A stretch of 63,177 nucleotides of DNA, from the NCBI GenBank assembly GCA_043806135.1, contig JAZDHG010000073.1:1-63177 (forward strand), read 5' to 3'. The notes under the pieces were generated by a model. That model saw only the letters and a list, made by a program, of their open reading frames with translations, was not told where the DNA came from and ran no database searches. Source of the stretch: Candidatus Omnitrophota bacterium (GTDB lineage: Bacteria > Omnitrophota > Gorgyraeia > B26-G9). Below, one piece after another: positions 1-9,428 of this stretch (position 1 is its first letter; every line of letters begins with the position of its first letter). Both the position numbers and the translations under genes were made by a program.

Positions 1-1
1 T

Positions 2-190
2 GCTCCTGTAGCTTTGGGAAGGCTGGTTGGTTTTGTTTACCTTATGCTCAGCGGTAAGACCTCAGGGACCGGCCCTGAGAAGCTTGCAATGCTAATAGGC
101 CATACTATAGGCGTAATTGTGATGTATATGATATTTATTCAGGGATTACGTTATGGAATAAGACAATTCAGATCAACGCCTGACAAATAA
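2..190 (+). CDS. 3' end of a gene entering from upstream; hydrophobic C-terminal fragment of a membrane protein (partial)
   Basis: The frame is open from the window edge to TAA at 188-190 (..GFVYLMLSGK..VIVMYMIFIQGLRYG..). No family recognised. Confidence 0.4.
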   Translation, partial: APVALGRLVGFVYLMLSGKTSGTGPEKLAMLIGHTIGVIVMYMIFIQGLRYGIRQFRSTPDK

Positions 191-445
191 AAACAATAAA
201 CTTATCCTACCCCCAGATACAACCTGCAAGGTTGCATTTTCAGCAATATCCAAGATATTATATTCCACTTGCACAGATTCCTGTTCCTTTGTTTTTAATA
301 TTTAGTTTACAGCCTATTGTCTGTGTTTAACCCTTGATAATGTAAAATAAATTTCGCGTTTTTGGGTATTGCCAAAAGAATACCGTTCTTGAAAAATCAT
401 CACATTTATGTTATTATAGGGCAACAAAAAAGGACGCTGTTATTT

Positions 446-1573
446 ATGAAGAAGGTTTTGTTATTATATATTTCAAATAATTCCGGACATCATCGGGCAA
501 CAAATGCTATCGAAGAATCACTGCATTTAAACTACCCGTATGTAAAGGTTGCCAACATCAATTGTTTTAAGTATACAAATCCGGTGCTGGAAAAGGTCAT
601 TAACAGCATATACAATAAAGTTATTAAGATAAAACCCGAGTTTTGGGAATATTTATACGATAATCCTAAGATCGTCCGCCGTACACGAAAACTTCGTAAG
701 CTTATTCATAAATTAAACTCTAAAAAGCTTAAAAGAATGATCTCTCATTTTAAGCCGGATGCCGTAATATGCTCGCAGGCCTTTCCCTGCGGCATGGTTG
801 CTGATTTTAAGAAGAAATTTAAATTTGACTTTCCTCTGATTGGCGTGCTTACTGATTATGCGCCGCATTCCTACTGGATGTACGATAATGTAGATGCCTA
901 TATCGTGCCTAATGAAAAAACCAGGGAACGCTTCCTGATGAGCGGGATCAAGAGCAATAAGATTTTCCCCTTCGGGATACCGATAAGTGCGAAATTTTCC
1001 GGCAAAACCAATAAGGAATCTGCACGCAGAGCATTGAGATTGGATGATAATAAGCCTACTCTTTTGATCATGGGAGGCGGGCAGGGATTAGGGCCTATAG
1101 AGGAACTTATATATGCGATCAATACGATCGAAAATCCTTTTCAGGTAATTGTAGTCTGCGGGACTAACAAGAAATTGAAGAAATGGCTTGAAAAGAGGAA
1201 ACTGCTATTCAGAAAAAAAATGGCGATATTAGGGTATACCAGACAGGTAGAAGTGCTTATGGGTATATCGGATATTATAGTTACAAAAGCGGGCGGTCTT
1301 ACGACGGCTGAGGCGCTTGCGAAAAACTTGCCTATTGTTATTGTTAATCCTATCCCGGGGCAGGAAACAAAGAACACAGAATTTTTACTTGAGGCAGGTG
1401 TTGCGGTTAAAGCTAAAAGCCCTCTTGATGCAGCGGTTTTAATTGAAAAATTGCTGAACAATACTGAGAAGCTGAACAATATGAAAGCTGCGGCTAAAAA
1501 GCATGCCCAACCGCATTCAGCTTCGAAGATAGCAGATCTGGTTGAGAAACTTATAAAACAAAAAGACAAATAA
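446..1573 (+). CDS. MGDG-synthase-like / GT28-family diacylglycerol glycosyltransferase
   Basis: N-terminus MKKVLLLYISNNSGHHRA and C-terminal KAGGLTTAEALA..PIPGQETKNTEFL are typical of UgtP/MGDG synthase plus the Glyco_tran_28 C-domain. I prefer the ATG at 446 to the upstream TTG-extended ORF start at 362. Confidence 0.75.
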   Translation: MKKVLLLYISNNSGHHRATNAIEESLHLNYPYVKVANINCFKYTNPVLEKVINSIYNKVIKIKPEFWEYLYDNPKIVRRTRKLRKLIHKLNSKKLKRMISHFKPDAVICSQAFPCGMVADFKKKFKFDFPLIGVLTDYAPHSYWMYDNVDAYIVPNEKTRERFLMSGIKSNKIFPFGIPISAKFSGKTNKESARRALRLDDNKPTLLIMGGGQGLGPIEELIYAINTIENPFQVIVVCGTNKKLKKWLEKRKLLFRKKMAILGYTRQVEVLMGISDIIVTKAGGLTTAEALAKNLPIVIVNPIPGQETKNTEFLLEAGVAVKAKSPLDAAVLIEKLLNNTEKLNNMKAAAKKHAQPHSASKIADLVEKLIKQKDK

Positions 1574-2455
1574 ATGATAATGTATCTATTATATAGATTC
1601 GGGCAGTGGCTTTCTTTGATATTACCGCATGTGTTTGCTTATCGAGCTGGTGTTTTTTTGACAAGTTTAAAATATATTATTTGTGCAGGGGAGAGAAAGG
1701 CCATGCGCAAAAACCTGGAGATTATTTTAGGGAAGGATCATCCGGGCATCAAAAAATACCCGAGGCAGATATACGCTAATTTTGGCAGATATCTTGTGGA
1801 TTTTTTTCGTGCGCAGAAGATAGACAAAAAGTTCATTGATAAGTTTGTGAAAATAGAAAATTTAGAATATATGGATAACGCCTTAAAAAAGGGGAAAGGC
1901 GTTATTGGAGTCACCGCGCATCTGGGAAATTGGGAATTGTGTGCACAGATCCTGGCCCGGCTGGGGTACAAGATGAACGCTATTGCTCTGACTCATGCAT
2001 ATTCCCGAATAGATGATTTCTTTTCGCGTCAAAGACAGCTTACGGGGATAAATGTTGTTCCTGTAGGGGTGAGTGTGCGCAAATGTTTTGCGGCATTAAG
2101 GAAAAATGAAATAGTAGGCATATTAGGAGATAGGGACTTCTCCGGAGAAAACGGGATTTTTGTCGATTTTCTTAACTGCTCATTTATGGCTCCTTTAGGG
2201 CCGGCAGTACTGAGCTTGCGTACCGGTGCGGCAATTGTTCCGGCATTCGTTATCAGGGATGAAAAAGATGAGCGTTATTTCAGATATATTTTTACAGAGC
2301 CTATATATCCTGAATATAGCGCTGATGAAAAAGAAGATATTAAACATCTTACAAACAAATACATAAAAGTTATAGAAAAATTTGTGAAGCTTTACCCGCA
2401 GCAGTGGTTTGTTTTTCATGAATTTCAGAAGGCAGAGAAAACAGAAGTATTTTAG
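1574..2455 (+). CDS. Lipid A biosynthesis (LpxL/HtrB-type) lysophospholipid acyltransferase
   Basis: The HX4(D/E) box is in VTAHLGNWELC and length is ~290 aa. Its start abuts the stop of the preceding glycosyltransferase gene. Confidence 0.75.
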   Translation: MIMYLLYRFGQWLSLILPHVFAYRAGVFLTSLKYIICAGERKAMRKNLEIILGKDHPGIKKYPRQIYANFGRYLVDFFRAQKIDKKFIDKFVKIENLEYMDNALKKGKGVIGVTAHLGNWELCAQILARLGYKMNAIALTHAYSRIDDFFSRQRQLTGINVVPVGVSVRKCFAALRKNEIVGILGDRDFSGENGIFVDFLNCSFMAPLGPAVLSLRTGAAIVPAFVIRDEKDERYFRYIFTEPIYPEYSADEKEDIKHLTNKYIKVIEKFVKLYPQQWFVFHEFQKAEKTEVF

Positions 2456-2478
2456 CCTGAATTTAGAGATGCAAAACT

Positions 2479-3147
2479 ATGAAAGTTTGTGTTTTAGTCC
2501 CAGCTTATAACGAAGAATCAACTATTGCCCATATTGTGCAGGAGATCAGGAACAATGGGTTTGATCCGATAGTTATTGACGATGGATCTACGGATAGTAC
2601 GGCCTTAAAAGCCAAGGAGTCTCAGGCTCTTGTTCTCAGCCATCCGCGTAATCTCGGCAAAGGACAGGCATTAAGGACAGGTTTTAAGTATGTCCGCGGC
2701 GGGGATTATGATGCTGTAGTGATTATGGATGCTGACGGACAGCATCTGGCTTCTGAGATAAGTAAATTTATATCTTATGCAAAAGAATCGAAAGCAGGAA
2801 TTATAATCGGTAATCGCATGCAGGCACCTATTGGCATGCCGCTGGTGAGAAAGCTTACAAATCACCTGACTTCATATATTATCTCTAAGGTTACGTCCGT
2901 AAATATTCCGGACAGCCAATGCGGGTTCCGGCTGATCAAGACAGAAGTACTCAAGAAGTTAAATCTTTCCACAATGAAATATGAGACAGAATCGGAGATC
3001 CTGATCGAAGCGGCAAAGAATAATTTTATTATTGAGTCTATCCCTGTCAAAACTATTTATGCTGATCAAAAAAGCAAGATCAACCCTGTTGTTGATACGC
3101 TAAGATTTTGGAACTTGATCGGCAGAAGTATTTTTGGGAAGCAGTAA
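2479..3147 (+). CDS. Family 2 glycosyltransferase (polyprenol-phosphate sugar transferase-like)
   Basis: VLVPAYNEE..IVIDDGSTD..MDADGQH are the canonical GT2 DxD-type motifs. Confidence 0.8.
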   Translation: MKVCVLVPAYNEESTIAHIVQEIRNNGFDPIVIDDGSTDSTALKAKESQALVLSHPRNLGKGQALRTGFKYVRGGDYDAVVIMDADGQHLASEISKFISYAKESKAGIIIGNRMQAPIGMPLVRKLTNHLTSYIISKVTSVNIPDSQCGFRLIKTEVLKKLNLSTMKYETESEILIEAAKNNFIIESIPVKTIYADQKSKINPVVDTLRFWNLIGRSIFGKQ

Positions 3148-3149
3148 TA

Positions 3150-3800
3150 ATGGATTTTGAAAATTTAAGAAAAAGAATGGTTGAAAGTCAGCTGGTGGAA
3201 CGCGGCATAAAAGATGAACGCGTTCTTTCTGTGTTTTTAGACACACCAAGGCATGAATTTATTGCTCCTGAGCTAAGGCGATACTCATACGAGGACCGCC
3301 CGCTGCCGATAGGCAGCGGCCAAACTATTTCTCAACCGTACATGGCGGCGTTAATGACGGAATTGCTGGAAGTAACGGAAGAGATGAAAGTTTTGGAATT
3401 AGGCACAGGCAGCGGTTACCAAACCTCCATTCTGGCAGCTTTGGCAAGAGAGGTGTACTCTGTGGAGCGTATTGCGGTACTAGCCGAAAATGCTGCCGGC
3501 ACATTAGACAGACTGGGTATAAAAAATGTGCATATAAAAATCGCGGACGGAAGTATCGGCCTTAAAGAGTTTCAGCCCTATGATGCGATCATGGTTACTG
3601 CCGGAGCTCCCCGGGTGCCGCAGGCATTGCTTGATCAGTTGCGTGATGGAGGCAGACTGGTGATACCGGTTGGCAGCAGATTTTCTCAGGAATTGATGTG
3701 TGTGCAGAAAAAAGAAGGTCAACTAGTAGAAACAAGATCATGCGGTTGTGTTTTTGTGCCGCTATTGGGTAAACAAGGGTGGAGAGTAGACAATGAGTGA
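3150..3800 (+). CDS. pcm: Protein-L-isoaspartate O-methyltransferase
   Basis: GSGQTISQPYMAALM and the SAM motif VLELGTGSGYQT are present. The ATG at 3150 lies just after the GT2 stop. Confidence 0.9.
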   Translation: MDFENLRKRMVESQLVERGIKDERVLSVFLDTPRHEFIAPELRRYSYEDRPLPIGSGQTISQPYMAALMTELLEVTEEMKVLELGTGSGYQTSILAALAREVYSVERIAVLAENAAGTLDRLGIKNVHIKIADGSIGLKEFQPYDAIMVTAGAPRVPQALLDQLRDGGRLVIPVGSRFSQELMCVQKKEGQLVETRSCGCVFVPLLGKQGWRVDNE

Positions 3801-4287
3801 ATGGTTTTTGAATACTTTGGGTGATTTACCGCCGCAATGGCTTGTGGTTATTGTTTCCGCAATGCCGGTTTCGGAATTAAGAGGAGCAATCCCGATCGGG
3901 ATTATGCTCGGTCTTGCCCCGATTAAAGTTTTTGTTCTGGCGATACTTGGAAATCTTATCCCGGTAGTGCCGTTATTATATTTGCTTGAGCCTGTTTCAG
4001 CCAAGCTGCGTAAATTTTCCTGTTTCAAAAAATTCTTTGACTGGCTGTTTGAAAGAACGAGAAAAAAATCAAAGCTAATCGAAAAATATGAGCTTATAGG
4101 ATTGATTATATTTGTAGCGATACCTCTGCCTATGACCGGAGCCTGGACAGGGTGTGTCGCAGCTTCAATGCTGAAGCTTGACAAGAAACTTTCCTTTTTT
4201 GCTGTTGCCGCCGGAGTAGCAGTAGCCGCAGTTATTGTATCTGTGCTCACATTGAGCGCTAAAGGGTATTTTGCAAATGTCCAGTAA
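3793..4287 (+). CDS. Small multidrug-export-like (COG2426-type) membrane protein
   Basis: It has four hydrophobic segments and an ELRGAIPIG motif. Its start overlaps the pcm stop. The antisense ORF 3762-4250 is judged a shadow. Confidence 0.55.
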   Translation: MSEWFLNTLGDLPPQWLVVIVSAMPVSELRGAIPIGIMLGLAPIKVFVLAILGNLIPVVPLLYLLEPVSAKLRKFSCFKKFFDWLFERTRKKSKLIEKYELIGLIIFVAIPLPMTGAWTGCVAASMLKLDKKLSFFAVAAGVAVAAVIVSVLTLSAKGYFANVQ

Positions 4288-6298
4288 AAAATATGTTCAG
4301 GTAGCGGTTAATCTGCCGCTTAATGATGTTTTTGACTATTCGGTGCCGGATGAACTGCAGAAGTTTATTGAGATCGGAAAACGCGTTTGGGTGCCTTTTA
4401 GAAACAGAACGATCGTTGGTTGTATTGTCGGGATCAGCGACCACACCGCAATTGCCCGCACAAGAGATATAAAAGAAATTATTGATCAGGAGCCATTACT
4501 GAGCGAGGAAATGCTTGCTCTGACCAGATGGATGGCAGACTATTATTTCTGCTCATGGGGAGAGGCGATAGAGGCTGCGGTATCCGGTCCTTTTAAAAAG
4601 GGACAAACCTCTGTACGCTTAAGAAATCAAGCAGAATCATCAGGAGAAATAGAAGAAAGCACTGAGATAGCTGAACATGTACTTACAGCGCATCAGGATA
4701 AGGCGTTGACGCAAATATGTAAGTCTGTGGAGGATGAGTCCTTCGGAGTTTTCCTTCTGCACGGGATAACTGCCAGCGGCAAGACAGAAGTATATTTTGT
4801 TGCCATAGAACAGACCTTGAAAAAAAACAAAGAGGCAATTGTTTTTGTTCCGGAAATCGCCCTTACGCCGCAAACCCTTGAACGCTTTACAAACAGGTTC
4901 GGAAAAGAAAAAGTAGCTGTTATTCACAGCCGGCTGAGCAAGGGGGAAAAATTTGTGGAATGGCAAAGAATAAAACAGGGGGAGGCAAAAATTGTTGTAG
5001 GAGCACGCTCAGCTATTTTCAGCCCATTAAAAAATTTGGGATTAATTGTAGTTGATGAAGAACATGAGAATACTTATAAACAGGAAGATGTCCCAAGATA
5101 CCATCTTGTAGCCACAGCGATAAAACGCGCTCAGCTTTCAAATGCAACCGTAATATTAGGCAGTGCTACTCCATCGCTTGAATCGACTTATTCTGCAAGA
5201 AGAAACGAATTTAAGTTCATTGAGCTGCCGGAGCGTATAAAGGGCAGAGATTTACCGGCAGTACAGATCATAGATATGAGGCAGCAGCGCCAAAGAGCAA
5301 AACATCTGCAGGTGCTTTCGAAACTACTGGAAGATTATATCGCCAAATGCCTAAAAAATAAAGAGCAGGTTATTCTCTTTCTGAACAGGAGGGGGTTCTC
5401 TACCTATGTGCATTGTTTGAAATGCGGACATATCATGCAGTGCCCGCGCTGCAATATTGCGCTTGTTTACCATTTTGATCTGAATAAACTGGTCTGTCAT
5501 CACTGCAGTTATCATGTAAAAACCCCTGAATTATGTCCGCATTGCAGCGGTAATTATGTCCGCTATTCCGGTACGGGTACGCAGAAAGTAGAGAGCGAAT
5601 TGCACAGGCTTTTCCCAAGTGCAAAAATCGGCCGGATGGATTCGGATGCTTTGAAGAAAAAAAATTCGCATTTTGAAATTTTTGATGATTTTAAAAAAAG
5701 GAAAATTGATATACTTATCGGCACACAAATGCTCGCCAAAGGTCTTGATTTCCCTAATGTAACCTTGGTGGGGGTTATCTCCGCTGATGTAACTTTAAAT
5801 TTGCCTGATTTCCGTGCTTCCGAACGTACGTTTTCACTGCTGACACAGGTTGCAGGACGCGCAGGAAGAGGCAAGACGGCCGGCAAGGTTATAATCCAAA
5901 CCTATACTCCTGACCATTACGCAATTCAGTGCGCTATAAAGCATGATTACAATGATTTTTATGAACAGGAAATGATATTCAGAAAACAGCTGGAACTTCC
6001 GCCGTATTCTCATATGATCAATATAGTCCTGCGTTCAAAAGAAGAAGAAAAGGTTTTGTCTGCTGCGCAGGCGCTTGGAAAGATTATAAAGCAAAAAAGC
6101 AAGGCCTTTAAAATAAATATGCTGGGGCCTTCGGTTATGCCGGTGGCAAAATTAAGAGGTTATTTCCGCTACGGAATCATCATTAAAGATAAAGATGTTT
6201 TTAAGGTAAACGGTATTTTAAAGGAAACATTTAAAAGCTGGAAGACTCCATCTAAAGTTAAAGTTGCTGTTGATGTGGATCCGGTGATGGTGGTTTAA
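4277..6298 (+). CDS. priA: Primosomal protein N' (replication restart helicase PriA)
   Basis: Walker A GITASGKTEVY, DEEH box and a Cys-rich zinc module (CLKCGH..CPRC..CHHC..CPHC) are present. ATG at 4277. Confidence 0.9.
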   Translation: MSSKKYVQVAVNLPLNDVFDYSVPDELQKFIEIGKRVWVPFRNRTIVGCIVGISDHTAIARTRDIKEIIDQEPLLSEEMLALTRWMADYYFCSWGEAIEAAVSGPFKKGQTSVRLRNQAESSGEIEESTEIAEHVLTAHQDKALTQICKSVEDESFGVFLLHGITASGKTEVYFVAIEQTLKKNKEAIVFVPEIALTPQTLERFTNRFGKEKVAVIHSRLSKGEKFVEWQRIKQGEAKIVVGARSAIFSPLKNLGLIVVDEEHENTYKQEDVPRYHLVATAIKRAQLSNATVILGSATPSLESTYSARRNEFKFIELPERIKGRDLPAVQIIDMRQQRQRAKHLQVLSKLLEDYIAKCLKNKEQVILFLNRRGFSTYVHCLKCGHIMQCPRCNIALVYHFDLNKLVCHHCSYHVKTPELCPHCSGNYVRYSGTGTQKVESELHRLFPSAKIGRMDSDALKKKNSHFEIFDDFKKRKIDILIGTQMLAKGLDFPNVTLVGVISADVTLNLPDFRASERTFSLLTQVAGRAGRGKTAGKVIIQTYTPDHYAIQCAIKHDYNDFYEQEMIFRKQLELPPYSHMINIVLRSKEEEKVLSAAQALGKIIKQKSKAFKINMLGPSVMPVAKLRGYFRYGIIIKDKDVFKVNGILKETFKSWKTPSKVKVAVDVDPVMVV

Positions 6299-6342
6299 GA
6301 ATAAAGCAGCGAGTAGAAAGTAGCAGGTAGCGAGAACCGAAA

Positions 6343-6453
6343 GACGAGGGACAAAAAAGCGACAAGCAATAAAATATTTTGTTTATAGCCAGCGGAGAGA
6401 ACGTACGTCCTTCGTCATAGTGTCCGCTGTGCTTTGCAGCGGGAACGATCGTC
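6343..6453. repeat. Copy A of a repeated structured intergenic element (second copy at 33279-33430)
   Basis: The core shared with copy B is gacgagggac .. aaaaagcga[ct][ag]agcaataaa .. tagccagcggagaga[ag]cgt .. tcgtc[ac]tagtg, then a hairpin, then gggaacgatc[ga]tc. The hairpin is ccgctg/cagcgg at 6424-6442. Confidence 0.75.
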
Positions 6454-6470
6454 TATTATCCTTCGAGGTA

Positions 6471-7079
6471 TTAGGTTGCGGGTTTGATTTCGTCAAAACC
6501 CTTTTCAATAGTGCCGAGAGCGGAAATGTCTTTTATAATATTTTCCGCTTCAAAATTGCGCGGTGATAGATCAAGCAGTATTGTTGCTATGGTTTTTGCT
6601 TTAGCGTAGTTTTTATTTTGAAAATACAATCGCGCAAGAAGTTTTAATGCTGCAAGGTTCTTTTTATCAATAAAAATTATTTCTTCCAGGACAACAATTG
6701 CGCTGTTTAATTTATTTGTTTTGTAAAAAAAGACCGCCAGTTTGTAAAGCACGGACGTGTTGCCGGGGGTTAATAATACGAGATTCTCCTGCAGTTTAAT
6801 AACAAGATTAAACTTATTCTGCAGATAAAAGTAGACGACTTTTATATTTAATAAAAGGATGTTTATTTTAATTAGAAATATATTTATAAAGGAAACGTTT
6901 TTTAACTTTTGGTCTTCTCTGGCCGCGCGCAGAAGATAATGGCGGCATTGTGTGAATTCCGGATAGCTTTCCAGTACAATGCGGAAGAGTTCTATGGCAT
7001 AGCCGTAATTATTTTTTTTAAAGGCCTGAAGTCCTTTTTGATAGAATTCATTATCTTGAAGATTGCTTTTTTGTCCCAT
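6471..7079 (-). CDS. TPR-repeat protein
   Basis: Several 34-aa TPR-like units are present (YQKGLQAFKKNNYGYAIELF.., LARLYFQNKNYAKAKTI..). I prefer the ATG at 7079 (MGQKSN..). Confidence 0.65.
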   Translation of the reverse strand: MGQKSNLQDNEFYQKGLQAFKKNNYGYAIELFRIVLESYPEFTQCRHYLLRAAREDQKLKNVSFINIFLIKINILLLNIKVVYFYLQNKFNLVIKLQENLVLLTPGNTSVLYKLAVFFYKTNKLNSAIVVLEEIIFIDKKNLAALKLLARLYFQNKNYAKAKTIATILLDLSPRNFEAENIIKDISALGTIEKGFDEIKPAT

Positions 7080-7267
7080 ATTTTGTATTGTAAAGAAAAA
7101 GGAGCAAGCTGTCAATTAAACAAAACAGCCCATAGGGCAAAGCAAGAAGGACGATGGACGATCGCTGCGCTAAGATGAAAGATGCAAAAGCGCAAAAGAT
7201 CCATAGCCTTTAATTGAATATTAGCTATAAGCCATAAGTTAGTAATTAATTTTAAAAAGGAACTCAT

Positions 7268-8215
7268 ATGAAAATAGTTTTTTTCGGTTCATCTTTATTT
7301 GCCGTCCATAGTCTGCAATTGCTTAAAAACAAACATGAGGTTTTAGCGGTTTTTACGCAGCCTGATAGGCGCAAAGGAAGACATTTGCACTTAGCCAAGA
7401 CACCTGTTAAAATATGTGCAGAGCTTAATAAAATCGATATTTTTCAGCCGGAGACAATCAGCGATGGTCAGGTTGTTGCAATGCTTAAAAAGTTCCAGGC
7501 GGATATATTCGTTGTGGTAAGCTTCGGGCAGAAGTTGAGCCCAGAGGTGCTGGGTATCCCCAGGCATTATTGCATCAATGTGCATGGTTCATTGCTGCCC
7601 AGGTACAGGGGGGCGGCTCCGATAAATTATGCTGTTGTGAACGGTGATAAAACTACCGGTGTAAGCATAATGAAAATGAATGAATTTATGGATGGCGGCG
7701 ATATTGTTTTAAGTAAAAGCATTGAGATAGGTGATGATGATTCCATTGTGCTTACGGAGAAGCTGGGAAAACTCGGCGCTCTGGGCTTAATAGAGGCGCT
7801 AGATTTAATTGAAAAAGGAAATGTTGAATTTATAAAACAGGACCAAACGCAGGTTACTAAAGCCAATAAGCTTAAGAAGACAGACGGCAGTATTAATTGG
7901 CAGGAGAGCGCTGGGAGTTTGTATAACAGGATTAGAGGGCTGCTGCCTTGGCCTTGCGCGTATACTTATTATCAAGGAATGTTTCTCAAGATACCTAAAA
8001 GTAAAGTTGTAGATTGCTCACAGGAAAGGCCTCAGTTTGTTAAGCCGGGAGAGGTGATCTCAGCTTGCGCTCAGAAAGGCATTGTTGTTGCCTGCGGATC
8101 CGGAGAGCTGATGATAGAAAGGATTCAGCCTGAAGGCAAGCGGACGATGGATGCGCAAGCTTTTGTGCTTGGACATCACGTGAAGAGCGGGGATGTTTTT
8201 GGAGATAAAAGGTAA
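7268..8215 (+). CDS. fmt: Methionyl-tRNA formyltransferase
   Basis: MKIVFFGS.., HGSLLPRYRGAAPI and a C-terminal Formyl_trans_C-like region are present. Confidence 0.92.
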   Translation: MKIVFFGSSLFAVHSLQLLKNKHEVLAVFTQPDRRKGRHLHLAKTPVKICAELNKIDIFQPETISDGQVVAMLKKFQADIFVVVSFGQKLSPEVLGIPRHYCINVHGSLLPRYRGAAPINYAVVNGDKTTGVSIMKMNEFMDGGDIVLSKSIEIGDDDSIVLTEKLGKLGALGLIEALDLIEKGNVEFIKQDQTQVTKANKLKKTDGSINWQESAGSLYNRIRGLLPWPCAYTYYQGMFLKIPKSKVVDCSQERPQFVKPGEVISACAQKGIVVACGSGELMIERIQPEGKRTMDAQAFVLGHHVKSGDVFGDKR

Positions 8216-8393
8216 TAGTTACGAGTTGCGCGTTAGCGAGTTTGCGGGTTAAAAGATTAAAAACAGAAAAAGACAGAAGAATAATCAATTAGCTGCAATT
8301 ATAAAATATATTTGTTATAAAATAGACTTGCGGGTGCGTGTTTTAACGCGTTAACGGGTTAACACGCAAACGCGTAACCTTAAAGGTACAATT

Positions 8394-9428
8394 ATGCCGC
8401 AACTTAGAAAAGATCCGATAATCGGCAGGTGGGTTATAATTTCCACAGAGCGCAGTCAACGTCCGCATGATTTTGTGGTCGCTAAAGATGAGTCTTCAGA
8501 AAAAAACTGTCTTTTCTGCGAAGGCAGGGAAAATGAAACTCCTCCGGAGATCTATGCTGTTCGCAGACAAAACACTGTGCCAAATACTCCCGGTTGGAAT
8601 CTGCGTGTAGTGCCGAACAGGATGCCTTTAATGCAAATAGAGGGTGATATGGGCCGCAGGCCGCAGGGCATGTTTGACTTGATGAACGGGATCGGTGCGC
8701 ATGAATTGATTATTGAGACAAGCCGTCATGTTGCTAATATTACAGAACTTAATATTGAGCAGATTGCCTGTGTGTTTGATACATACGTTAAGCGCATGAA
8801 GGACCTGGAACAAGATAACAGAATAAAATATGCGCTTATTTTTAAAAATTACGGAGTTGTTGCCGGAGCCAGCCCGATAAGACATTCAAGATCGCAGCTT
8901 ATTGCTTTGCCTGTAAATCCAAAAAGGGTAAAAGAAGAGCTTGCTGGATGTAAACGCTATTATGAATACAGAGAACGCTGTTTGTTTTGTGATATGCTTC
9001 GCCATGAGATAGATACTCAAATACGTGTTATCGCAAGGGTGAATGGATTTGTCGCTCTTACCCCATATGCGTCGCGTTTTCCCTTTGAGGTATGGGTTTT
9101 GCCTGAGGAGCATTCCTGTGATTTTTACAATCTGAAAAATACAAAAGGTCTGGCCGGTATCATGAAAACAGTAATGTGTAAGTTGTCTGCAGGACTCAAT
9201 GATCCGCCGTATAATTATATTATTCATACCGCTCCTTTCAGGAGAAGGACCTCTGCAGGATACTGGAAAACAATAGATTACGATTATCACTGGCATATTG
9301 AAATCACTCCGCGGCTTACAAAGGTTGCCGGGTTTGAACTGGGCAGTGGTTTTTATATTAATCCTACGCCGCCCGAAGATGCGGCAAAGTTTTTGAACGA
9401 ATTGGATTTGGATAAGGAGAAAATGTAA
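8394..9428 (+). CDS. GalT-like HIT-superfamily nucleotidyltransferase paralog 1 (predicted nucleophile His replaced by Arg)
   Basis: It has the CLFCEG zinc motif and is colinear with paralog 2, but the active-site box reads HSRSQ (codons 164-168, Arg at 8889-8891) instead of HxHxQ. Confidence 0.8.
   Translation: MPQLRKDPIIGRWVIISTERSQRPHDFVVAKDESSEKNCLFCEGRENETPPEIYAVRRQNTVPNTPGWNLRVVPNRMPLMQIEGDMGRRPQGMFDLMNGIGAHELIIETSRHVANITELNIEQIACVFDTYVKRMKDLEQDNRIKYALIFKNYGVVAGASPIRHSRSQLIALPVNPKRVKEELAGCKRYYEYRERCLFCDMLRHEIDTQIRVIARVNGFVALTPYASRFPFEVWVLPEEHSCDFYNLKNTKGLAGIMKTVMCKLSAGLNDPPYNYIIHTAPFRRRTSAGYWKTIDYDYHWHIEITPRLTKVAGFELGSGFYINPTPPEDAAKFLNELDLDKEKM

Noticed and set aside
1141-1569. Antisense ORFs inside well-supported genes, for example 898-1122, 1141-1569, 8886-9296, 11045-11422, 14841-15341, 25670-25987, 26249-26614, 30888-31313, 59210-59545 and 59798-60106.
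   Set aside because: Each lies fully within a gene with clear family motifs on the other strand. Their products are low-complexity (S/F/L/I-rich mirror images of K/E-rich coiled coils) with no RBS or family signal. They are typical shadow ORFs of AT-rich DNA.
3762-4250. 162-aa minus-strand ORF competing with the plus-strand 164-aa membrane protein gene.
   Set aside because: The plus-strand ORF is translationally coupled to pcm and priA, and has four TM segments and the ELRGAIPIG motif. The minus-strand product has no such support and would oppose the operon direction.
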